DNA of 64,000 nt, from the NCBI GenBank assembly GCA_964472785.1, contig CAYYMH010000001.1, positions 13,244 to 77,243 on the forward strand. Direction: 5' to 3'. Shown one piece after another: positions 51,163 through 60,349 of this stretch. Under the pieces are notes generated by a model. It searched no databases and had not been told where the DNA came from. It saw nothing but the letters and a program-made list of their open reading frames with translations. The position numbers and the translations under genes are program-made. How positions within the stretch are numbered: the stretch's first letter is position 1; each line of letters starts with the position of its first letter. The DNA comes from an uncultured Cytophagia bacterium (GTDB lineage Bacteria > Zhuqueibacterota > Zhuqueibacteria > Thermofontimicrobiales > Thermofontimicrobiaceae).

Positions 51163-52440
51163 ATGCCACATTATTATCATGCGCATCAGGTCATGCCTGA
51201 AAAGTGCGAAGGTCATATGAAATGTGTGCGCTCTTGTCCCACTCAAGCAATTCGAATCAGAAACGGAAAAGCACAAATAAATGAAGAACTCTGTGTTGAC
51301 TGCGGTACCTGCATTTCTGTTTGTCCTTCAAATGCAATTATACCAGTCACCGATCCGATCGAAGAATTCGATCAGTTTAAATATAAGGTCATTGTTCCGA
51401 CACCGGTTTTGTATTCTCAATTTGACGCTTCAATTCACCCCTACATTATTCATCTCGCATTAAAAAATCTCGGTTTTGATGAAGTAGTTGATGTAAATTA
51501 TTCAACATCGCTTTTGGCCAAAGTTTTGGTCAAATACCTGGAAAACTACACCGGTCAGTTACCCTTAATTTCATCACATTGTCCGTCTTTAATCCGTTTA
51601 ATTCAGGTTAAATATCCGGATTTAGTGGACCAGATTATTCCGTTGGACGTGCCCAGAGAAGTGACTGCCCGAGAAATACGAAAAAATCTGCCGACAAAGA
51701 TTGGCATTCCACCCAATCAAATTGGCATCATTTATATTGCAAACTGTCCGGCTAAAATTGTATCGACAAAACAACCGGCTGAAAAATCCAAATCATGGTT
51801 CGACGGTGTTCTTTCTGTGAAGGATGTTTACGCCTGGCTCTATCCACATGTCATTTCTATTAAGGAAAGCTTCCACGAAGATAAAGTAGAAAAAGATTTT
51901 ACGTTCACTACTGGCTGGTCGCGATTGGGGAGCATCATCAAATCTGCTAAAATGGAGAATTGGATGGCCGTATCCGGATTAGACCATGTGATGAGAGTAT
52001 TGGATGATATTGAAAATTCCAGACTGCGAAATGTGGATTTTTTAGAAGTAATGACGTGCATGTTAGGTTGTATCGGTGGTCCCTTCAATGTGGAAAATGC
52101 TTATGTAGCGCGCGCCAACACCGTTAAACAAGCAATGAAATACGAAACACCTATTGAGATCGATGAAAAATTGATTAAGAAAAAGCTCGAGGAAGGTTAC
52201 TATTATTTCGAGAATCCGATTTTACCAAGACCAACCAAATATTTTGACACTGATTTAATGACGTCAGTAAAACGGATTAAAGAGCGGGATCGCATTTATC
52301 AGAAACTGCCGCAGATTGACTGCGGCTGTTGTGGTGCACCGACCTGTCTGGCATTTGCCGAAGACGTTGTCCGGGGTGAAGCCGAATTGACCGATTGTAT
52401 ATCTTTCTCGCACAAAATTATGAATAAAAATAACGATTAA
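51163..52440 (+). CDS. sensory-type (HydS-like, group C) [FeFe]-hydrogenase homologue: 2x[4Fe-4S] ferredoxin, a degenerate H-cluster domain and a C-terminal Cx2Cx4Cx16C cluster; no PAS domain
   Basis: L1 reads SSHCPS (canonical TSCCPxW), L2 ANCPAK, L3 EVMTCMLGCIGGP; C-terminal DCGCCGAPTC-x16-C. Confidence 0.65.
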   Translation: MPHYYHAHQVMPEKCEGHMKCVRSCPTQAIRIRNGKAQINEELCVDCGTCISVCPSNAIIPVTDPIEEFDQFKYKVIVPTPVLYSQFDASIHPYIIHLALKNLGFDEVVDVNYSTSLLAKVLVKYLENYTGQLPLISSHCPSLIRLIQVKYPDLVDQIIPLDVPREVTAREIRKNLPTKIGIPPNQIGIIYIANCPAKIVSTKQPAEKSKSWFDGVLSVKDVYAWLYPHVISIKESFHEDKVEKDFTFTTGWSRLGSIIKSAKMENWMAVSGLDHVMRVLDDIENSRLRNVDFLEVMTCMLGCIGGPFNVENAYVARANTVKQAMKYETPIEIDEKLIKKKLEEGYYYFENPILPRPTKYFDTDLMTSVKRIKERDRIYQKLPQIDCGCCGAPTCLAFAEDVVRGEAELTDCISFSHKIMNKNND

Positions 52441-52459
52441 AGATTAAGCGAACAGGAGA

Positions 52460-52945
52460 TTGATCGTGGAGAACAATCAATATCAAGAAATCTTTCAGAA
52501 ATTCAGAGGAAACCAAGGTGATTTAATTTCCATCCTGCATCAAGTGCAAAGTAATTTTGGCTATGTTTCACAAGATGCAGTTCAAAATATTTCGAGCTTT
52601 TTGAAAATTTCCGAAAATCAAATCTACGGCGTGGCTTCTTTTTATTCACAGTTTAGATTTGTCGAGCAAGGGAAATGTATCATCAAAATATGTATGGGTA
52701 CTGCCTGCCACGTCCGGGGATCAAAAAATATCCTCGAAGAATTCAAACGCTGGCTGAACATTGAAGAAGGCGAAACAACCGAAGACAAAATGTTTACTTT
52801 GGAAACGGTAAATTGCGTAGGTGCATGTGCGCTGGGTCCAATTGCTATTTTTGACAACGATTATCACGGTCAATTGAAGATAAAAACTGTCGAAGAATTA
52901 ATTCAAAAATATCAGACAGAAATCGAAAGCGAGGAAAGTGAATGA
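52460..52945 (+). CDS. NuoE-like [2Fe-2S] thioredoxin-fold subunit (HydC/BfuC-type). The GTG at 52466 after AGGAG is the likely start
   Basis: CMGTACHVRG...C...C cluster motif. Confidence 0.88.
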   Translation: MIVENNQYQEIFQKFRGNQGDLISILHQVQSNFGYVSQDAVQNISSFLKISENQIYGVASFYSQFRFVEQGKCIIKICMGTACHVRGSKNILEEFKRWLNIEEGETTEDKMFTLETVNCVGACALGPIAIFDNDYHGQLKIKTVEELIQKYQTEIESEESE

Positions 52946-54828
52946 AAGATAAAATCGATAATAAGGTTTTAGACACAATAAAACAGAAGACCGCTAAAAT
53001 TAAAGATAAAAGCAAAATCTGTATTTCCGTCTGCGGTGGAACCGGCTGTCAAGCGCAGGGAGCTAAATTGTTAGTCAGTGTTTTCAGAGAAGAAATTCGA
53101 AAACAGGGGCTGGATAAATCGGTTGATTTATTAACCACCGGCTGTCATGGGTTTTGCGAACAAGGTCCCATTGTTGTTATTCACCCGGAAGGGATTTTTT
53201 ATGGCAGGGTGAAAGTGAAAGACGTGCCAGAGATCGTATCAGAAACAGTGGTCAATAACAAAATTATTCAAAGACTGCTTTATCGCGATCCGAAAACAAG
53301 GGAAAGAATTGTGCGCGAACAGGACATCCCATTTTATAAAAAACAAAAACGGGTTGTCTTTGGCATGAACGGCATATTGGACGCAACCAGTATTGAAGAT
53401 TATATTTATCATGGCGGTTACGAGGCGCTGGCAAAAGCGCTCCGGGATTTTACGCCGGATGGGATCATTGATGAGATAAAGAATTCCGGTCTGCGCGGTC
53501 GCGGCGGCGCGGGTTTCCCCACCGGTAAAAAATGGGAATTGTGCCGTAATACAGCCAGTGACCAAAAATATGTCATCTGCAATGCCGATGAAGGTGATCC
53601 CGGTGCGTTCATGGACCGCAGTGTTTTAGAAGGAAATCCGCACAGCGTAATTGAAGGGATGATTATCGGCGGCTATGCCATCGGCGCGACAGAGGGATAT
53701 ATTTATGTCCGCTTTGAATATCCATTGGCAGTCAAGAATGTTAAACTTGCCATCGAAAAAGCGCGAGAACTCGGACTGCTGGGCAAATCAATTTTAGGCT
53801 CTGATTTTGATTTTGACATTCATGTTTTTCAGGGCGCCGGTGCCTTTGTCTCAGGCGAGGAAACATCGCTGATGGCTTCTATTGAAGGCAGGCGCGCTTT
53901 TCCCAGTCCCAGACCTCCCTATCCGGCAGAGTCCGGAATTTACGGCAAGCCGACCAATATCAACAATGTGGAGACGTGGGCAAATGTCCCGCATATCATT
54001 GCCAAGGGTGCGGACTGGTACGCCAACATCGGCACCGAAGATAGCACAGGGACTAAAATATTTTCACTGGTGGGTAAGATCAACAACACCGGACTGGTGG
54101 AAGTTCCGATGGGCATTACGCTCAGAGAAATCGTTGATGATATTGGCGGCGGTGTAAAAAACAAAAAGCGGTTTAAGGCAATCCAAACAGGTGGTCCCTC
54201 GGGAGGCTGTATTCCCGAAAATATGCTGGATTTGCCAATAGATTACAAAACACTTGCCAAAGCCGGCTCCATCATGGGATCCGGCGGTTTGATCGTGATG
54301 GATGAAGATACGTGCATGGTCGATGTGGCGCTGTATTTTCTGAATTTCACTCAGGAGGAATCCTGCGGAAAATGTGTCCCCTGTCGAATTGGTACGGCGC
54401 AAATGGTCGATATTCTCACTCGAATCACCGCTGGCGAGGGCGAAGAAGCTGACATCGAGCGATTGGAAAATCTCGCCATGACCATGAAAAATCATTCACT
54501 TTGCGGTCTGGGACAAACAGCGCCCAACCCGGTTTTAACGACACTACGCTATTTTAAATCTGAGTATCTGTCGCACATCAAAGATAAAGCCTGTCCGGCT
54601 AAAGTATGCAAAAACTTAGTTGAATTCCGTGTCATTCCGGAAAAATGTACCGGTTGCCAAAGATGTGTTGCCGCCTGTCCCACCGGCGCAATTAGCGGAC
54701 CGCGGGCACAGCCTCATTTTCTCGATCCTAAAAAGTGCATCAAGTGTCGTGCTTGTTACGAAATTTGTAAGTTCGATGCCATCGCCGGAGACGCAATCAT
54801 TATCAGTTCAAAAGGCGAAAGTGCTTAA
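52942..54828 (+). CDS. NuoF-like NADH/FMN-binding subunit with an N-terminal [2Fe-2S] domain and C-terminal 2x[4Fe-4S] ferredoxin (HydB/BfuB-type)
   Basis: GRGGAGFPTGKKW, ESCGKCVPCR and two C-terminal CxxCxxCxxxCP motifs. Confidence 0.9.
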   Translation: MKDKIDNKVLDTIKQKTAKIKDKSKICISVCGGTGCQAQGAKLLVSVFREEIRKQGLDKSVDLLTTGCHGFCEQGPIVVIHPEGIFYGRVKVKDVPEIVSETVVNNKIIQRLLYRDPKTRERIVREQDIPFYKKQKRVVFGMNGILDATSIEDYIYHGGYEALAKALRDFTPDGIIDEIKNSGLRGRGGAGFPTGKKWELCRNTASDQKYVICNADEGDPGAFMDRSVLEGNPHSVIEGMIIGGYAIGATEGYIYVRFEYPLAVKNVKLAIEKARELGLLGKSILGSDFDFDIHVFQGAGAFVSGEETSLMASIEGRRAFPSPRPPYPAESGIYGKPTNINNVETWANVPHIIAKGADWYANIGTEDSTGTKIFSLVGKINNTGLVEVPMGITLREIVDDIGGGVKNKKRFKAIQTGGPSGGCIPENMLDLPIDYKTLAKAGSIMGSGGLIVMDEDTCMVDVALYFLNFTQEESCGKCVPCRIGTAQMVDILTRITAGEGEEADIERLENLAMTMKNHSLCGLGQTAPNPVLTTLRYFKSEYLSHIKDKACPAKVCKNLVEFRVIPEKCTGCQRCVAACPTGAISGPRAQPHFLDPKKCIKCRACYEICKFDAIAGDAIIISSKGESA

Positions 54829-54846
54829 TTAAAGAAGGAGTTTACA

Positions 54847-55344
54847 ATGAAAAATCCCAAAATACCATTTTATAGATTATTCTTATTAATTCTCATCGTT
54901 TGCCCGGGTTCGCTATTTTCCCAAACCATTGAGCAAAAGAATATCGGATTGCTTAAGCAATTAATTGAGGTTGGTTACAATCAACGAAATTTTGAAATCG
55001 TTGATCAGATTGTGGACTCAAACTACGTTGAAAATACCAACGGCATTACGGCAAAATCACCTGAAGTTGTCAAACAAACAATAACTTATCTTGCTGAAGA
55101 GTCCCCGAATTTTAAACTGGTGATCGACGATGTCATTGCACAGGGAGATAAGGTTGCGTTACGCTGGATATATAGCGGACATAACAAGAAGCATGATAAG
55201 CAGGTCATTATTCACGGTATGTTTTTTTGCACGATTAAAGACGGAAAACTTGTGGAGAGCTGGCAAATTTTTGATAATTTGACCCGTTTCAAACAATTGG
55301 GATTTAACCTCACACCACCGATACCAAATGAAGATAATGAATAA
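54847..55344 (+). CDS. secreted SnoaL-like / NTF2-fold (ester-cyclase-like) protein
   Basis: signal peptide plus the SnoaL-like pattern ...GDKVALRWIYSGHN...DGKLVESWQIFDNLTRFKQLG. Confidence 0.6.
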   Translation: MKNPKIPFYRLFLLILIVCPGSLFSQTIEQKNIGLLKQLIEVGYNQRNFEIVDQIVDSNYVENTNGITAKSPEVVKQTITYLAEESPNFKLVIDDVIAQGDKVALRWIYSGHNKKHDKQVIIHGMFFCTIKDGKLVESWQIFDNLTRFKQLGFNLTPPIPNEDNE

Positions 55345-55398
55345 AAACTTACAGCAACTCATAATTGTTGACACAAGAAAATTCAAAGCGGAGTTTTC

Positions 55399-57897
55399 AT
55401 GAACCAGAAAAACGGAACGATTAAGATCACCATTGACGACAACGTTTTAAACGTTAAAAAAGGCATTTCCATACTCGACGCTGCCGAGCAGAATGATATT
55501 TTCATCCCATCGCTTTGTGCCTACGAATCGCTGGATCCGCATGGCGGTTGCCGCGTTTGTATCGTCGAAGTCGAAGGGAAAAAAGGCTTCCTTAAATCAT
55601 GTGCTACTCCGGTTCAAGAGGGAATGGTTGTTCGAACAAACACAGATACAGTTCAGGGCGAACGAAAAAAAATTCTGCAATTACTGCTGAGCGAACACAC
55701 GTCCAGTTGTTTGATCTGTGAAGAAAAAGAAGAATGCCGGAATTCAATGAGCACGATTCGCAAAGTCGGCGTGACCACCGGCTGTCGCTACTGTCCCGGC
55801 GACAACAAATGTGAATTACAAAAGGTTGTGGAATGGGTCGGCGTTGATGAACTGATTTACCCGACTTATTACCGGAATTTGCCGGTTGAAAAAGAAGATC
55901 CGTTTTACGATCGCGACTACAATCTGTGTATTCTTTGCGGCAGATGTGTCCGTGTTTGCCACGAAGTGCGCAGCGCCAACACGCTGGCATTTAATCAGCG
56001 CGGACGGGATACTGTGATCGGTCCCGCTTTTGGCAGGAATCACATCGAAGCTGGTTGTGAGTTTTGCGGCGCCTGTGTCGAGGTCTGCCCCACTGGCGCG
56101 CTTTCGGAAAAAGCGAATAAGTGGGACGGGATTCACGAAACCGAGGAGATCTCCACCTGCGCATTGTGCGGAGTTGGCTGCCAGATTAAAGTCCTGTCCA
56201 AAGGTGATAAATTGATCGGCACGCTGCCTGCAGAAGATGAATTGGTAAATGACGGGCATCTTTGTGTGAAAGGCAGATTTTGTATTTATGAATTAGTCAA
56301 TAATTATCAGCGATTGAAAAAAGCAATCAAACTTAAAGAAGGCTCGCAGCTTCAGATACCGATTGACGAAGCCGTTAAAATCGCAGCAGAAAAACTTGCC
56401 GATTGCAAGCCGGATGAATTCGGCATGATCATTTCGCCCAACTGCACTGTAGAAGATTTGTACATCGCTCAGAAATTTACGCGTCACGTCATGAGCTCTC
56501 ACCATATCGACACCTCTGCCCGGCTGTTTTATGGTGCCGGTTTTAACAGTTATTTAAAATTAATGAAAAAGAGCACGACGCTCAAGAATATGAAAAATTC
56601 CTCGCTGATTTTTGGAATCGGCGCAGATTTGAGATATGGTAGGTCGGTAGTTGGCGTTGCTATCAGAAACGCAATTCATAGAGGCGCCAAAATAATTACT
56701 ATTCATCCCCACGACCACAGCCTTGTGCTCAGCAGCGATGTCTGGATTCAGCCGACTCCGGGAGAGGAAGCAGATATTTTAAATTCGTTATCGAATATTT
56801 TGGAGGATAATGAAAAGAAAAAAGTCAGTGCTGACCTATCAAAAATCGCTGACTTGTTGAAAGGGGCGGAAAATCCGATTTTCTTGATCGGCACAGAATT
56901 TCTGAATTACTCAAACAGCGCTGAAATACTTGAATTAGTCAACAAAATAGCGGAAAAAATTAATGCCGAAATTTTAACGCTGCCGGCACAAAATAATCTG
57001 TACGGTTCGTTGCTCATGGGCAATTACCCGGAGCTTTTGCCCGGCGGCAGTCATTCGAGCGACAAAAAGACTGTGGCTGATCTCGGTAAACTCTGGGGTA
57101 AAGAGATGCCGGTTTACAAAAATGGCTGGGATTTAAATAAAATTGTATCTGGTCAAAAATTGAAAGTTGCATATCTCGTGGGTGAAACACCGCCGATCCC
57201 GGAACCGATTTCAGAATATCTGATTTATCAAAATATTTATCCGCTGGATCACGTTCAAACCGCCAATTTGACCTTTCCGGCTGCTGCGTTCACAGAAGTG
57301 GACGGCACATTTATTAACGGCGAAGGCAGAATCCAACCGATCAAAAAATCTGTCTCTGCCCCCGGCGACGCATTACCGGATTGGCAAATTCTCTGCAAAA
57401 TCGCACAAAAAATGGGTGCGTCCGGATTTGATTTTAATTCAATAGCAGACATCCACACAGAAATCGGCAAGGTCGTGGACGCGTTTAAGGATAAAGACCG
57501 GTTCGCCAGAAAAGCCCAACCTTTGCCAGATTCAATACAGATTAAATCTCATAAAACTGATAAAACCGGGATCAAAACCAGCAGTAAAAATAAACTATTT
57601 ATTTTAACGGCAATTCCCCTTGAGCACGTTTACCGGGGAATTCCTTTGACCAGCAAAGTTGAGGGGTTAAAAAAGCTGTTTGATGAAAGTGTCGTTGTGT
57701 TGAACAACGCTGATGCTGAAAAAATGAATATTACAAACGGAGAAAAACTAAAAATTAGCTCGGACGAGTTTTCCGGCACCTTTCCGGTGTGGATTTCCGC
57801 CGGACAAAAAACGGGAACTGTTCACATCACAAACTTAAATTTTTCACCATCAACACCAAATCCGCAATTCGTAAAATTGGAGAGAGAACATGTTTAA
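55399..57897 (+). CDS. NuoG-like subunit (BfuA-type): [2Fe-2S], His-ligated and 2x[4Fe-4S] N-terminus plus a cofactor-less molybdopterin-oxidoreductase fold. It has neither an H-cluster nor a Mo active-site Cys/Sec
   Basis: CALCGVGC MopB cluster. The position matching formate-dehydrogenase CARV(U/C)HGPS reads SARLFYGAG. Confidence 0.85.
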   Translation: MNQKNGTIKITIDDNVLNVKKGISILDAAEQNDIFIPSLCAYESLDPHGGCRVCIVEVEGKKGFLKSCATPVQEGMVVRTNTDTVQGERKKILQLLLSEHTSSCLICEEKEECRNSMSTIRKVGVTTGCRYCPGDNKCELQKVVEWVGVDELIYPTYYRNLPVEKEDPFYDRDYNLCILCGRCVRVCHEVRSANTLAFNQRGRDTVIGPAFGRNHIEAGCEFCGACVEVCPTGALSEKANKWDGIHETEEISTCALCGVGCQIKVLSKGDKLIGTLPAEDELVNDGHLCVKGRFCIYELVNNYQRLKKAIKLKEGSQLQIPIDEAVKIAAEKLADCKPDEFGMIISPNCTVEDLYIAQKFTRHVMSSHHIDTSARLFYGAGFNSYLKLMKKSTTLKNMKNSSLIFGIGADLRYGRSVVGVAIRNAIHRGAKIITIHPHDHSLVLSSDVWIQPTPGEEADILNSLSNILEDNEKKKVSADLSKIADLLKGAENPIFLIGTEFLNYSNSAEILELVNKIAEKINAEILTLPAQNNLYGSLLMGNYPELLPGGSHSSDKKTVADLGKLWGKEMPVYKNGWDLNKIVSGQKLKVAYLVGETPPIPEPISEYLIYQNIYPLDHVQTANLTFPAAAFTEVDGTFINGEGRIQPIKKSVSAPGDALPDWQILCKIAQKMGASGFDFNSIADIHTEIGKVVDAFKDKDRFARKAQPLPDSIQIKSHKTDKTGIKTSSKNKLFILTAIPLEHVYRGIPLTSKVEGLKKLFDESVVVLNNADAEKMNITNGEKLKISSDEFSGTFPVWISAGQKTGTVHITNLNFSPSTPNPQFVKLEREHV

Positions 57898-58735
57898 AGT
57901 CGTTGAAAATAAAATGATTGTTCCCAATATGCATTCGCTGACGGTGGAAGCGCCGGACGTGGTGCAGGACATCCGGCCCGGTCAATTTGTCATTTTAAGG
58001 TCAGAGGATGATGGCGAACGAATTCCATTCTCAATTTCTGACTGGAATAAGGAAGAAAAAACTGTAACCGTGGTATTTATGAACGTCGGAACGACGACCA
58101 ATAAATTAGCGGCACTTGAGGAAGGCAGCTACATTCCAACTGTGGTCGGTCCGCTGGGACTGGCAACCGAGATTGATAATTACGGCACGGTTTTGTGTCT
58201 GGGAGGCTGTTACGGAATCGGCAGCATTTACCCAATCGCCAGAGCGCTGAAAGAGGAAGGCAACCGAGTGATTACGGTGATCGAAGCGCGCAGCTCATAT
58301 CTTTTTTATTGGGAAGACAAATTGAAGCAGGTGTCGGACCAACTCTTTTTTATTACCCGCGACGGGACCAAAGGGAACCGTGGTCATGTCAACAAATTAC
58401 CGGAGATTATTAAAATTTCTGGCGGCTCCGTGGATCGCGTTATTATCAATGGCTGCACATATTTGGTCAAACGCGGATCAGAAGTAACGCGTCCCATGGA
58501 AATCAAGACCATCGTCAGTCTGGCGCCGATTATGATTGACGGCACCGGAATGTGCGGTGTCTGCCGTGTATCCATTGGTGAGAACACGCGGTTTGCCTGC
58601 GTTCACGGCCCCGACTTTGATGGTCATCAGGTGAACTGGGATGAATTGCTGCAACGACGAAAAATGTATTTCTCTGAGGAAGTTGTCCCGCTTCAGACCA
58701 GTAGATGCGAGGAGCATTCGCAGCATTTAAGCTAA
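57890..58735 (+). CDS. NfnA / SudB-like FAD + [2Fe-2S] subunit (PyrK family)
   Basis: ferredoxin-reductase-like fold and C-terminal GMCGVCRV...CVHGP cluster. Confidence 0.8.
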   Translation: MFKVVENKMIVPNMHSLTVEAPDVVQDIRPGQFVILRSEDDGERIPFSISDWNKEEKTVTVVFMNVGTTTNKLAALEEGSYIPTVVGPLGLATEIDNYGTVLCLGGCYGIGSIYPIARALKEEGNRVITVIEARSSYLFYWEDKLKQVSDQLFFITRDGTKGNRGHVNKLPEIIKISGGSVDRVIINGCTYLVKRGSEVTRPMEIKTIVSLAPIMIDGTGMCGVCRVSIGENTRFACVHGPDFDGHQVNWDELLQRRKMYFSEEVVPLQTSRCEEHSQHLS

Positions 58736-58860
58736 AAGATTTGCCACCGAGATACAGAGAACTCGGAGAAATTATATAAAAATTATTATAGAGTACCTCT
58801 GAACTCTGTGCCTTTGCGGCATTCAATTTTCGACTGAACAATTATTAACACTCAAAATAA

Positions 58861-60282
58861 ATGAGGAACAGAGACATGCCCGAGAAGCAAAAGAAAAAAA
58901 TCGACTTGAACCGCCGCGAAATGCCCAAACAGTCCGAGGAAGTCCGCAGACAAAACTTCGATGAAGTAGCACTCGGCTATCCAGAGCAAACAGCAATTGA
59001 CGAAGCCATCCGTTGTTTGCAATGCAAAAAACCGAATTGTGTTGCAATGTGTCCTGTGGAAATTGACATCCCCGGTTTTATCGAGAGGATTGCTGAACGC
59101 GATTTTGAAGAAGGCGTTCGCGTGTTAAAGGACCAAAATTTGTTACCTGCTATATGTGGGCGAGTGTGTCCCCAGGAAGAACAATGCGAAAAAGGGTGCA
59201 TTTTAAATAAAAAGGGAGCGCCGGTTGCCATCGGTCGATTGGAACGTTTTTTAGCGGATTGGGAAGCGAAACAGGGCGAAGCAGAAATTCCTGCGCTGCC
59301 AAAATCGACCGGTAAAAAAGTGGGCATCGTGGGTGGCGGACCAGCCGGACTGACTGTCGCCGGCGATTTAATCAAGCTGGGACACGCGGTAACAATTTTT
59401 GAAGCGCTGCATGATATGGGCGGGGTGCTCGTTTACGGTATCCCGGAATTCCGGCTGCCCAAAGCGATTGTGAAACGTGAAGTCGATTATTTGAAAAAAC
59501 TGGGCGTAAAAATTATCACGGATTATGTTGTAGGCAAAACACGTACACTTGATCGCTTGCTGGAAGAATTTGACGTCATTTTTGTCGGCTCCGGCGCCGG
59601 ACTGCCCTGGTTTATGGAAGTGCCGGGAGAAAATCTGAACGGTGTTTATTCTGCCAACGAATATCTGACGCGCATGAATTTGATGAAAGGGTATCTGTTC
59701 CCTCAGTATGACACACCGATAAAAAATCACAAACGCGTGGCAGTCATCGGCGGCGGAAATGTCGCCATGGATTGTGCCCGAACAGCGTTGAGATTGGGCG
59801 CGGATGAGGTGCAAATCATTTACCGTCGTTCACGCCAGGAAATGCCCGCCCGTGAAGAAGAGATCGAAAATGCGGAAGAAGAAGGCGTGGTGTTCAATTA
59901 TTTAACCTTGCCCGTTAATTATATTGGCAATGAAAATGGCTGGGTCACAGAAATCGAATGCCTGAAAATGGAACTGGGAGAACCGGACGCTTCCGGACGG
60001 CGACGCCCTGTTCCCATTGAAGGTTCCAACTACATCATTCCCATGGATGCGGTAGTGTGCGCCATTGGCAACAGCCCCAATCCGCTGATCCCGGAAACCA
60101 CTCCCGGGCTGGAAGTCGGAAAATGGGGCAACATTAAAGCGGACGAGGAAACCGGCAAAACATCCAAAGACCGTGTCTGGGCTGGCGGAGATGTCGTGTC
60201 CGGTGCCGCCACCGTTATTTTAGCCATGGGCGCCGGCAGAATTGCTGCCCGGTCGATGCAGGAATATTTGATGTCGCATTGA
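58861..60282 (+). CDS. NfnB / SudA / GltD-like subunit (2x[4Fe-4S] + FAD + NAD(P)H)
   Basis: CLQCKKPNCVAMCPV, GGGPAGL and VIGGGNVAMDCA dinucleotide motifs. Confidence 0.88.
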   Translation: MRNRDMPEKQKKKIDLNRREMPKQSEEVRRQNFDEVALGYPEQTAIDEAIRCLQCKKPNCVAMCPVEIDIPGFIERIAERDFEEGVRVLKDQNLLPAICGRVCPQEEQCEKGCILNKKGAPVAIGRLERFLADWEAKQGEAEIPALPKSTGKKVGIVGGGPAGLTVAGDLIKLGHAVTIFEALHDMGGVLVYGIPEFRLPKAIVKREVDYLKKLGVKIITDYVVGKTRTLDRLLEEFDVIFVGSGAGLPWFMEVPGENLNGVYSANEYLTRMNLMKGYLFPQYDTPIKNHKRVAVIGGGNVAMDCARTALRLGADEVQIIYRRSRQEMPAREEEIENAEEEGVVFNYLTLPVNYIGNENGWVTEIECLKMELGEPDASGRRRPVPIEGSNYIIPMDAVVCAIGNSPNPLIPETTPGLEVGKWGNIKADEETGKTSKDRVWAGGDVVSGAATVILAMGAGRIAARSMQEYLMSH

Positions 60283-60349
60283 TTGTTGAAATAATGGGAC
60301 TTGAGGATGAAAGTAATTTCAAAAAGACTGTAATTTTGTTAAGGAATAC

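Noticed and set aside
55399-57897. Possibility that the 832-aa NuoG-like protein is an NAD-dependent formate dehydrogenase catalytic subunit (FdsA-like)
   Set aside because: The aligned active-site segment reads SARLFY, not CARV(U/C)H, with no Sec/Cys and no His. Called a cofactor-less NuoG-type subunit.
58195-59814. Several 60-150-aa ORFs on both strands
   Set aside because: They overlap nfnA/nfnB, which have strong motif support; shadow ORFs.
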